Source: an uncultured delta proteobacterium
GTDB taxonomy: Bacteria; Desulfobacterota; Syntrophobacteria; BM002
Assembly: GCA_963712115.1 (NCBI GenBank)
Contig: CAVQGX010000065.1
Coordinates: 1 to 41,316, forward strand
Direction: 5' to 3'
Length of the DNA: 41,316 nucleotides
Under the pieces are notes generated by a model that was given only the letters and a program-made list of their open reading frames with translations, was not told the DNA's origin and did not search any database. Of the stretch, positions 8,161 through 16,091 are shown one piece after another (positions within the stretch are counted from its first letter, which is position 1; each line of letters starts with the position of its first letter). Made by a program: the position numbers and the translations under genes.

Positions 8161-10071
8161 TCCTTCGTGTTTAAAGAACAATGCTCCCAGAGGTGGAAGG
8201 GTGAGGTTCAGAGAGTAAGGTCTGCCGTGGACTTCAATGGGCACAGCGTCCATGCCGCCAAAATTGCCGTGCCCGCTGCCGCCGAACTCTTCACCGTCAC
8301 TGTTGAGCAGTTCCCGCCAAAATCCGCCTTGGGGAACACCCACCTTGTAGCTATAGCGGGGTGTGGGCGTAAAGTTGAGAACTACCAGTACCATCTCCCG
8401 GGTGGACCGGGCCTTGCGAATGAGGCTGAGAGTACTCTGCTCAGTGTCGTTGCAATCGATCCATTCAAACCCTTGCGGCTCAAAGTCAAGTTCATGTAAT
8501 GCCTTTTCGCTGCGATAGCTTTGATTCAGATTTTGCACCCAGCGTTGTAGCCCGGCGTGGGATGGGAAGTCGAGCAAGCGCCAATCCAGAGCTTCTTCGT
8601 GATACCACTCCCGCCACTGACCGAATTCTCCTCCCATAAAGAGCAGCTTTTTTGCCGGCTGGGCGTACATGTACCCAAATAAGAGCCTGAGATTGGCAAA
8701 CTTCCGCCAAATATCTCCCGGCATCTTGCCGATGAGCGAGCCTTTACCGTGCACAACCTCATCGTGTGAGAGCGGCAGGACAAAGTTTTCGCTGAAGGCG
8801 TACAGAACTCGAAAGGTAAGTTGGTTATGATGATACTTTCTAAAAATGGGATCTTTGGACATGTAGGTCAAGGTGTCGTACATCCAACCCATATCCCATT
8901 TCATCCCGAAACCAAGGCCACCCACATAGGTAGGGCTAGAAACCATGGGCCATGCGGTTGATTCCTCAGCTATGGTCTGCACATCTGGATGGACGCGATA
9001 AACCTCCTCGTTGAGGCGGCGGAGAAAGGTAATGGCGTCCAGGTTTTCGCGGCCGCCGTAGACATTGGGAATCCACTCGCCTTCTTCCCGAGAATAGTCC
9101 AGATAGAGCATGGAAGCAACAGCGTCCACCCGCAAGCCGTCCGCGTGATAGGTATCCAGCCAGTAAAGAGCACTACTTATGAGGAAACTGCGGACCTCAG
9201 CCCGGCCATAGTTGAAGATGAAGCTCTTCCAATCCGGGTGGAATCCTTTTTGCGGATCCGCATGTTCATAAAGATGCGTCCCGTCAAAAAACCCGATGGA
9301 GTGCTCGTCTGTGGGGAAATGCGAGGGCACCCAATCCAGAATCACCCCAATGTCATGTTGATGCAGATAATCTATGAGATACATGAAATCCTGTGGTGTA
9401 CCGTATCGACTGGTGGGAGCGAAGAATCCTCTGACCTGATAACCCCAAGAGCCATAAAACGGGTGCTCCATCACCGGAAGGAACTGCACATGGGTGAAGG
9501 CCAACTTCTTTATATACTCTGCTAGCCTGGGGGCAAGCTCCCTGTAAGTCAGCCAACGATTGTCCTCTTCAACCGCCCTCATCCACGACCCTAGGTGAAG
9601 TTCGTAGATGGAAATGGGGGAGTCTGGCGAAATGCGGCTACCGCGGTTTGCCATCCACTCCTGGTCACCCCAGGTGTAGTCCAAGTCCCAGACTACGGAA
9701 GCGGTTTCCGGAGGCGGGTCATTGTAAAAGGCAAAGGGATCGGCCTTATCCACCCGATAGCCTTGATAACGAGAAACAACGTGATACTTGTAACGGGCAC
9801 CCTTGTCCACTCCAGGAATAAATCCTTCCCAGATTCCCGAGCGGCCTTTAGGTTGGAGGGAGTGATTATCCTTGCTCCAGCCGTTGAAGTCACCCATGAC
9901 AAAAACCTTCTCAGCATCGGGCGCCCAAACTGCAAAGTAAGTTCCCTGCAGACCCCCCTCTGAGATCACGTGTGATCCCAATTTTTCGTGTAAGCGGAAG
10001 TGACTTCCCTCGTTGAAAAGGTAGAGGTCTTGCTCTGTAAGCAAAGTAATCTTTTTATCAGAGTCTGCCAT
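8158..10071 (-). CDS. glgB: 1,4-alpha-glucan branching enzyme (GH13)
   Basis: FAVWAP, IYELHLGSW, GSWGYQ, DWVPSHF, LRVDAVASM, IAEEST and LSHDEVVHGK motifs; start ATG at 10071 (MADSDKK). Confidence 0.97.
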   Translation of the reverse strand: MADSDKKITLLTEQDLYLFNEGSHFRLHEKLGSHVISEGGLQGTYFAVWAPDAEKVFVMGDFNGWSKDNHSLQPKGRSGIWEGFIPGVDKGARYKYHVVSRYQGYRVDKADPFAFYNDPPPETASVVWDLDYTWGDQEWMANRGSRISPDSPISIYELHLGSWMRAVEEDNRWLTYRELAPRLAEYIKKLAFTHVQFLPVMEHPFYGSWGYQVRGFFAPTSRYGTPQDFMYLIDYLHQHDIGVILDWVPSHFPTDEHSIGFFDGTHLYEHADPQKGFHPDWKSFIFNYGRAEVRSFLISSALYWLDTYHADGLRVDAVASMLYLDYSREEGEWIPNVYGGRENLDAITFLRRLNEEVYRVHPDVQTIAEESTAWPMVSSPTYVGGLGFGMKWDMGWMYDTLTYMSKDPIFRKYHHNQLTFRVLYAFSENFVLPLSHDEVVHGKGSLIGKMPGDIWRKFANLRLLFGYMYAQPAKKLLFMGGEFGQWREWYHEEALDWRLLDFPSHAGLQRWVQNLNQSYRSEKALHELDFEPQGFEWIDCNDTEQSTLSLIRKARSTREMVLVVLNFTPTPRYSYKVGVPQGGFWRELLNSDGEEFGGSGHGNFGGMDAVPIEVHGRPYSLNLTLPPLGALFFKHEG

Positions 10072-10174
10072 TGTTTGATTCCCGCGCCTTTTGCCTCGCT
10101 GCAAGTCTGCGAAGGCTTAACATAACAGAGTTTGATTAGATTTAATAGTACTTACAACATACTTACAATCGTCA

Positions 10175-10350
10175 TAAGGGCATAGAGCATGGAGTGAGGA
10201 ATCAGGAGTCAGCTGGCAGCTGGCAACTGGCAGCAAGAAGACAGAGGACATTAGGAGCTCATAGCTGACAGCTCACAGCTCAAAGGAAAACCTAGTTCAG
10301 ACAATCAACGACTGGAACAATTTGAACGGTTTGCACGATTTGACATAACG
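10175..10350. repeat. Heptamer/nonamer tandem-repeat tract
   Basis: AGGGCAT-AGAGCAT, AGCTGGC-AGCTGGC-AACTGGC, AGCTCAT-AGCTGAC-AGCTCAC and (AACRRTTTG)-like units. Confidence 0.65.
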
Positions 10351-10442
10351 CCATGTGCTATGCTCTAGGCGATCTGACCTTACCCTGAGAAACAGGTTTT
10401 CTATAGTTAAATAAAAAAATGACAGAATGTTTTGGGCTTTTC

Positions 10443-10470
10443 TTGACATAGGTATTTGTTGTGATATACT
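10443..10470 (+). promoter_or_regulatory. sigma70 promoter of the cys leader/cysE-cysK transcript
   Basis: TTGACA (10443-10448), 16 bp spacer with extended -10 TG, TATACT (10465-10470). Confidence 0.75.
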
Positions 10471-10516
10471 TCATTACCCTACCAGCAAGGTATGATAATT
10501 GAAAGGGGGTGGTGAC

Positions 10517-10657
10517 GTGGATATGGTCATGTGTGATGACGACATGTGTTGTTGTTGCCCTGTATTGTTGAACGGTAGGGCTGGGGGCTTCTACCCGCAG
10601 GTGGTTTGGCTGACCAGATCCTGCATGGCACCATCCCAAAGCCTCCCCCAAGTCTGA
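10517..10657 (+). CDS. Poly-cysteine leader peptide (putative attenuator of cysE-cysK); not in the ORF track
   Basis: SD AAGGGGGTG (10503-10511), then GTG at 10517 (or ATG at 10523): MDMVMCDDDMCCCCPVLLNGRAGGFYPQVVWLTRSCMAPSQSLPQV*. Four consecutive Cys codons at 10547-10558, located between the promoter and cysE. Confidence 0.75.
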   Translation: MDMVMCDDDMCCCCPVLLNGRAGGFYPQVVWLTRSCMAPSQSLPQV

Positions 10658-10762
10658 TCGCCACGCAACGGGTTCCCGCCACCTTACCTCAATTAAGCAA
10701 CCAGGACTACACCAGCTTCAAAGTTTTTAGGCCTAGACGTACGTGCCTTGGGAAGGAAGATT

Positions 10763-11749
10763 ATGAGTCCAGTACAACAGTCTCACGATAAAGATACCGA
10801 AGCCTGCCGCCTGGCCTTCGAGGTTAGTACTAAAATTCGTGACCAGCTGCCACCAATTATCTCGGAGGTCGTTGCTTCCAGCCTTGATCCTGACCTATTC
10901 GCCCACGTGGACGCCGAACTTATTCCATCCACGGAACTGACCGTCGAGATCACTCAGCGAGCAAGACGATTGCTATTCCCAGGTTACTTCAACAGACAGG
11001 TATTGGATGCTAACCAGTTGGAATACGCCATTGGGGTTGAGGTTACCAGGCTTTTCGAGACCCTTTCTGAAGCAATCGCTTTGAGTATTCGACATGATTG
11101 CCAACGATACCAGTTGGTGTGCACTCATTGTCAAGAACGAGGCCAAAGGGAAGCGGCCCGCTTTCTGGAGCATCTACCGGAAATAAGAAGAATTCTGACA
11201 ACCGATGTGCAGGCTGCCTACGATGGTGATCCCGCCGCCAAGACCATTGATGAAGTGATAATAAGCTACCCAGGCTTACTGGCCACAACCATTCACCGGA
11301 TTGCTCACCAACTCTGGCTGCAGGAGATCCCTCTCTTGCCGAGAATGATGTCAGAGCATGGGCACAGCATCACCGGTATTGATATTCATCCGGGAGCAAC
11401 AATTGGTGAGAGTTTTTTTATTGACCACGGCACCGGGGTTGTCATCGGTGAGACCACAGAAATAGGCAAACGTGTGCGGATCTATCAAGGCGTGACCCTC
11501 GGCGCCCTCTCTTTGCCCAAGGAAGAGGTGGAACAACTGCGGCACGAAAAGAGGCATCCGACCATAGAGGACGATGTTACTATCTATGCCGGTGCTACCA
11601 TACTAGGGGGGGAGACAGTAATCGGGGCAGGCTCTGTAATAGGCGGCAGTGTCTGGATTACCTCTTCAGTTCCCTCAGGAACCAAAGTTTTTCTGGCCCC
11701 GCCTAAGCTGATTTATAAGAATGCAGACTCTGGAGCCAATGAGAGGTAA
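10763..11749 (+). CDS. cysE: Serine O-acetyltransferase (long EpsC-type)
   Basis: DVQAAYDGDPAA, GIDIHPGATIG, FFIDHGTGVVIGET, YQGVTLG and KRHPTIED; start ATG at 10763. Confidence 0.95.
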   Translation: MSPVQQSHDKDTEACRLAFEVSTKIRDQLPPIISEVVASSLDPDLFAHVDAELIPSTELTVEITQRARRLLFPGYFNRQVLDANQLEYAIGVEVTRLFETLSEAIALSIRHDCQRYQLVCTHCQERGQREAARFLEHLPEIRRILTTDVQAAYDGDPAAKTIDEVIISYPGLLATTIHRIAHQLWLQEIPLLPRMMSEHGHSITGIDIHPGATIGESFFIDHGTGVVIGETTEIGKRVRIYQGVTLGALSLPKEEVEQLRHEKRHPTIEDDVTIYAGATILGGETVIGAGSVIGGSVWITSSVPSGTKVFLAPPKLIYKNADSGANER

Positions 11750-11755
11750 AGGTCA

Positions 11756-12670
11756 ATGAAAATCAATACTGATATCGGTCATACCATTGGTCTCACCCCC
11801 CTGGTTCAGCTCAAAAATATCGCCAAGGGATTAGGCACAAAGATTTTGGCAAAGTTGGAGTTTTTCAACCCATTGGGCAGCGTCAAAGACCGTATCGGAC
11901 GGAGCATGATTGAGGCTGCAGAGCTCCAGGGCAAGCTGAAACCTGAGAGCGTGATCATAGAACCCACCAGTGGCAATACAGGCATCGCCCTGGCAATGAT
12001 TGCTGCCAGCAAGGGCTATCGGCTAATTCTCACCATGCCGGAGACCATGACCATCGAGAGGCGCAAATTACTAACGAGATTGGGGGCGGAACTGGTGCTT
12101 ACCCCTGGAAGTGAAGGCATCAAGGGTGCGATCAACAGAGCTGAGGAACTGGCAGCCCTAACTCCCCATGCCTTTATGCCAGACCAATTTTCCAATCCAG
12201 CCAACCCTGCCATCCATCGGGAGACCACCGCACTGGAGATCTGGAACGACACCGACGGCGAGGTTGACCTATTCGTGTCAGGGGTTGGTACCGGGGGGAC
12301 CATCACCGGCGTGGCCGAGGTGATCAAAGCCAAAAAGCCTTCTTTCAAAGCCATTGCAGTTGAACCGTCTGAATCACCGGTTCTCTCTGGAGGGCAACCC
12401 GGTCCGCACAGGATTCAAGGCATAGGTGCCGGCTTTGTGCCGGCGGTACTCCGAGTAGATCTAATCGACGAGATAATCCAGGTCAATGCTGACCTTGCTG
12501 AAGAAATGGCTGCAAGATTGGCAAGGGAAGAAGGCATCTTGGCCGGAATTTCAAGCGGCGCAGCCACTTGGGCTGCCTTGCAAGCAGCCAGGCGAGAAGA
12601 AAACAAAGGTAAGACTATCGTAGTTCTGCTCCCGAGCACGGGAGAGCGGTACATAAGTACATGGCCGTAG
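11756..12670 (+). CDS. cysK: Cysteine synthase A (O-acetylserine sulfhydrylase)
   Basis: NPLGSVKDR (PLP lysine), [15 protein letters not shown] and [10 protein letters not shown]. Confidence 0.96.
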   Translation: MKINTDIGHTIGLTPLVQLKNIAKGLGTKILAKLEFFNPLGSVKDRIGRSMIEAAELQGKLKPESVIIEPTSGNTGIALAMIAASKGYRLILTMPETMTIERRKLLTRLGAELVLTPGSEGIKGAINRAEELAALTPHAFMPDQFSNPANPAIHRETTALEIWNDTDGEVDLFVSGVGTGGTITGVAEVIKAKKPSFKAIAVEPSESPVLSGGQPGPHRIQGIGAGFVPAVLRVDLIDEIIQVNADLAEEMAARLAREEGILAGISSGAATWAALQAARREENKGKTIVVLLPSTGERYISTWP

Positions 12671-12674
12671 ATGC

Positions 12675-12900
12675 TGGGCGCGAGGAGTAAGGTCCAAGGC
12701 GTACGGTCAACCTGAGTCACCACGCTCTGGGTCACTTATTGTCATTACGCTACGCTGTCATTCATGGTCATTTGTTGCAGACAACCAAAAAACATTGCAG
12801 CTAAACCACCTAATGACGGCGTAGCCACATGACGCGTAGCAAATGACGGCTCAGCCGAATGACCCAATGATAAATGTGAAATGATACATGCGAAATGATG
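12675..12900. repeat. Low-complexity repeat tract with opposed GTCATT / AATGAC arrays
   Basis: Three GTCATT units (12741-12772) face AATGAC/CATGAC units (12812-12870) interspersed with GGCGTAGCC-type mini-hairpins. Confidence 0.55.
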
Positions 12901-13011
12901 AAACGGAAGGGGGTGGTCTCATGTTATGGATAATGGTTCGCCCCGGCAGGGGTCTTAGAAATAGAAAGTCAAAGCGGCAGAGAATGAATATCGACAAGAG
13001 AGGAGAATTTC

Positions 13012-14241
13012 ATGGCAAAGACCATCCAGGAAATCAATGAGAAGATAAAAAGAGGTAAGGCGGTTGTTTACACCGCCGAAGAAATCATCTCCGTAGTCAA
13101 GAGTAAAGGCGCGAAGAAAGCAGCAGCAGAAGTTGATTTAGTCACAACCGGAACCTTCGCGCCCATGTGCTCCTCAGGGGCTTATTTCAATATTGGACAT
13201 TCCAACCCGCGGACTAAATTAGGCGGAGGCAGTGTCACTTTGAATGACATTCCAGTCTATGCCGGATTTGCTGCGGTGGATTTCTTCGTAGGCGCCACCG
13301 CCATACCTGACGACGACCCACGAAACAAGATCCATCCAGGTAAATTTCCTTACGGCGGCGGCCACCTGATTGAAGACTTGGTTGCAGGCAAGGATGCCAA
13401 ACTCATTGGCCGTGCCTACGGTACCGACTGTTATCCTCGTCGCAAGCTTGATACCTGGGTGAGGCTCGAGGACATGAACGAGGCAGTGCTGTTCAATATG
13501 CGAAACGGTTACCAAAACTACAACGTGGCGGTAAACCTGTCTGACCGTATGATCTATACCTACATGGGGGTACTCCACCCCAAACTACGTAACGCCACCT
13601 ACTGCAGCGCAGGGCAACTGAGTCCTCTGCTCAATGATCCACTTTACCGCACTATTGGGATAGGAACACGTATATTCCTTGGTGGTGGTATTGGCTATGT
13701 GGTGGATCGGGGAACCCAGCACAACCCGGACGTACCTCGCACCGACGCGGGAGTGCCTCGCATGGGAGCCGGGACCCTGGCAGTTATGGGTGATTTGAAG
13801 CAGATGAGCCATCGCTGGCTGCGCGGTGCCTCTTTTACCGGCTATGGTGTCACCCTGGCCGTGGGAATTGGCATACCCATTCCCATTCTGGATGAGGAGA
13901 TGCTGAACTATACTGCAGTAACCGACAAAGACATAGTTGCCCAGGTTGTTGATTACAGCGAAGCATATCCCAACTGCATTCCGGGCAGCCTAGGCGAAGT
14001 CACCTATGCTCAGCTCAAGTCTGGCTCTATAACGGTAAAGAGCAAGAAAGTACCTACTGCCGGGCTGTCTTCTTATTCCAGGGCCAGGGAAGTTGCCAAC
14101 ACCCTGAAGGATTGGATTGCAGACGGCTCCTTCCTCCTTAGCGAACCCGTGGCTCCCATGCCGTCGGTGGATTCGGGAATCAAATTCAAACCCCTTCAGG
14201 AGAGACCAATCTTCAACAACGCCCGGGTGGCGGTGGATTAA
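13012..14241 (+). CDS. Homocysteine biosynthesis protein (DUF39; L-aspartate semialdehyde sulfurtransferase, MA1821/MJ0100 family), no CBS extension
   Basis: KTIQEINEKIKRGKAVV, VDLVTTGTFAPMCSSG, GTDCYPR, RNGYQNY and LSPLLNDP..RTIGIGTRIFLGG; AGGAG RBS. Confidence 0.9.
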   Translation: MAKTIQEINEKIKRGKAVVYTAEEIISVVKSKGAKKAAAEVDLVTTGTFAPMCSSGAYFNIGHSNPRTKLGGGSVTLNDIPVYAGFAAVDFFVGATAIPDDDPRNKIHPGKFPYGGGHLIEDLVAGKDAKLIGRAYGTDCYPRRKLDTWVRLEDMNEAVLFNMRNGYQNYNVAVNLSDRMIYTYMGVLHPKLRNATYCSAGQLSPLLNDPLYRTIGIGTRIFLGGGIGYVVDRGTQHNPDVPRTDAGVPRMGAGTLAVMGDLKQMSHRWLRGASFTGYGVTLAVGIGIPIPILDEEMLNYTAVTDKDIVAQVVDYSEAYPNCIPGSLGEVTYAQLKSGSITVKSKKVPTAGLSSYSRAREVANTLKDWIADGSFLLSEPVAPMPSVDSGIKFKPLQERPIFNNARVAVD

Positions 14242-14247
14242 TGACTG

Positions 14248-14378
14248 AGGTTTCAGTGTTCAGGTTTCAGTGTCAGGTTTCAGTGTTCAGGCTTAAGTGT
14301 TTCGCTTTTACTCTCTGACACCTGACACCTAAAACATTAGATTTGGTGCTTGGAGTTTGAGATTTCAAGATTTCAACT
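14248..14378. repeat. Heptamer repeat tract with an inverted partner array
   Basis: AGGTTTC/AGTGTTC alternating about 6 times, then complementary CTGACAC-CTGACAC and AGATTTC-like units. Confidence 0.75.
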
Positions 14379-14474
14379 CTCCAACACTCCTCAGGCTGAT
14401 GGTTGCCAACAAGACGGCCTAGCCTAACTACCACCAGGGAATGCAAGCAGAACGTATTGAATTGGAGGTTTACC

Positions 14475-14882
14475 ATGGCAACAAAAAGATTGGTGTTAAA
14501 TTTTCCACCACATTTGATCGACCAGCCGGTCACATATCAACTCATAACTGAACACAACTTAAAAATTAACATTTTAAGGGCCCGAATTACTCCCAGAGAA
14601 TGGGGCAGATTAGTGGTAGAAGTCAGCGGCAAGAAGAAGGATCTCGATGCAGGCTTGCAGTATGCTGCCGGCTTGGGATTAGATATCAAACCACTTGCCC
14701 AGGATGTCCTCTGGCACGAAGATAAATGCATCGAGTGCACCGCTTGTTCCTCTGTCTGTCCCACTGGAGCACTCTCGGTCGAAAGAAAAGAGATGCGGGT
14801 TTCCTTTGACCACGATAAGTGCATTGCCTGTGAACTCTGTATCCCCGCCTGTCCCTATGAGGCCATGCAAATCACCTTTTAG
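14475..14882 (+). CDS. NIL domain + 2[4Fe-4S] ferredoxin (iron-sulfur partner of the DUF39 enzyme, MA1822-like)
   Basis: NIL motif (KINILRARI), CIECTACSSVCP and CIACELCIPACP; GGAGG RBS before the ATG at 14475. Confidence 0.9.
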   Translation: MATKRLVLNFPPHLIDQPVTYQLITEHNLKINILRARITPREWGRLVVEVSGKKKDLDAGLQYAAGLGLDIKPLAQDVLWHEDKCIECTACSSVCPTGALSVERKEMRVSFDHDKCIACELCIPACPYEAMQITF

Positions 14883-14901
14883 CCGAAGTACAAGGTCTGG
14901 C

Positions 14902-14937
14902 AAAAACCCAGGGTGGCTGCGGTCACCCTGGGTTTTT
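14902..14937. terminator. Bidirectional intrinsic terminator
   Basis: AAAAACCCAGGGTGGC-TGCG-GTCACCCTGGGTTTTT, 20 bp after the ferredoxin stop. Confidence 0.85.
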
Positions 14938-14983
14938 AATGCTATAATAGGGCAACTTGATCATCAGGAGCGGATGAATCATC

Positions 14984-16057
14984 ATGAGAAGGACCACCTT
15001 CATTGTGTTGTTGCTTTTCCTGCTTTCAGGGTGTGTGGAAAAGAATGAGCTGCCAAAGTCCGGAGAGTATCCATTCGTGGATCACCATATGAAGAACGTC
15101 ACCCAGCTCACCTTCGAAGGAGATAACGGTGAGGCCTATTTCAGCCCTGATGGTCGCAGGCTCATTTACCAGTCCAGCCGCGGCGGCTACGACTGCGACA
15201 AGATTTGGCTCATGAACATTGATGGTTCCGACAAGCATAGAGTCAGCCCCGACCATGGAGCCCACACCTGTTCATTCTTCTTTCCCGACGGTGAAAAAAT
15301 AGTCTTTGCCTCCACCAGTCACCTTCCTGGCGATTGTCCGCCGAGGCCAGAGAGGCGCGCAACAGGTGGCCACTTTATCTGGCCTCTCTTTCCCTATGAC
15401 ATCTTCATTGCCAATCCTGACGGCTCAGGAATGATAAAGATTACTGACAACCCCAAATACGATGCTGAACCAATTGTCTCCTCCGATGGCAGCCAGATCG
15501 TTTTCGGCTCTCAAAGGGACGGAGACTTCGACATCTACATTATGAATGCAGATGGCTCTAACTTGCGACGCTTGACCCAGAAGGTGGGCTATGACGGTGG
15601 GCCCTGGTTTTCACCGGACGGCAAAAAAATAGCCTGGCGAGCCTGGTATCCTGAGACCGAAGAGGAACTGGCCCTCTGGCGCGACTGTATGGAAAAGAAT
15701 TACATTATCGGCGTGCCTCTGGATATCTGGGTGATGAACGCGGATGGTACCGGCAAGGTAAGGCTATTACAAAACGGCGCCACCAACTGGTCACCTTCAT
15801 GGCATCCTGACGGAGAACGGATTATCTTTGCCAGTAATATGGACGACTGGCACGATGACATAAAAAAATTCGGCCATAATTTTGAACTATACCTAATCAA
15901 CATTGATGGCACGGGTTTAGAGAGAATCACCTTCAACAATGTGTTCGACAGCTTCCCCATGTTTTCCCCTGACGGAAAAAAATTAGCCTTCGCTTCAAAC
16001 AGAAATGCGCAAAAACCCAGAGCCACCGACATTTTCATCGCCGATTGGATTGAGTAG
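14984..16057 (+). CDS. TolB-like (PD40/WD40-like) beta-propeller lipoprotein
   Basis: Lipobox LLSGC and repeated P-x-FSPDG-x-x-I-x-F blades; GDNGEAYFSPDG. Confidence 0.9.
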   Translation: MRRTTFIVLLLFLLSGCVEKNELPKSGEYPFVDHHMKNVTQLTFEGDNGEAYFSPDGRRLIYQSSRGGYDCDKIWLMNIDGSDKHRVSPDHGAHTCSFFFPDGEKIVFASTSHLPGDCPPRPERRATGGHFIWPLFPYDIFIANPDGSGMIKITDNPKYDAEPIVSSDGSQIVFGSQRDGDFDIYIMNADGSNLRRLTQKVGYDGGPWFSPDGKKIAWRAWYPETEEELALWRDCMEKNYIIGVPLDIWVMNADGTGKVRLLQNGATNWSPSWHPDGERIIFASNMDDWHDDIKKFGHNFELYLINIDGTGLERITFNNVFDSFPMFSPDGKKLAFASNRNAQKPRATDIFIADWIE

Positions 16058-16091
16058 GCTAGATTGCCTTTCTCACTACTGGACTAGTGGA

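Noticed and set aside
10358-10791. Track ORFs 10358..10651(-) and 10606..10791(+)
   Set aside because: No SD or motifs; they overlap the promoter and the better supported poly-Cys leader.
10470-13011. SAM riboswitch or T-box upstream of cysE or the DUF39 gene
   Set aside because: No ATC-AGAG/GAGGGA/GCAACC SAM-I core and no GGTGGNACC T-box plus terminator was seen by eye. An Rfam cmscan would be decisive.
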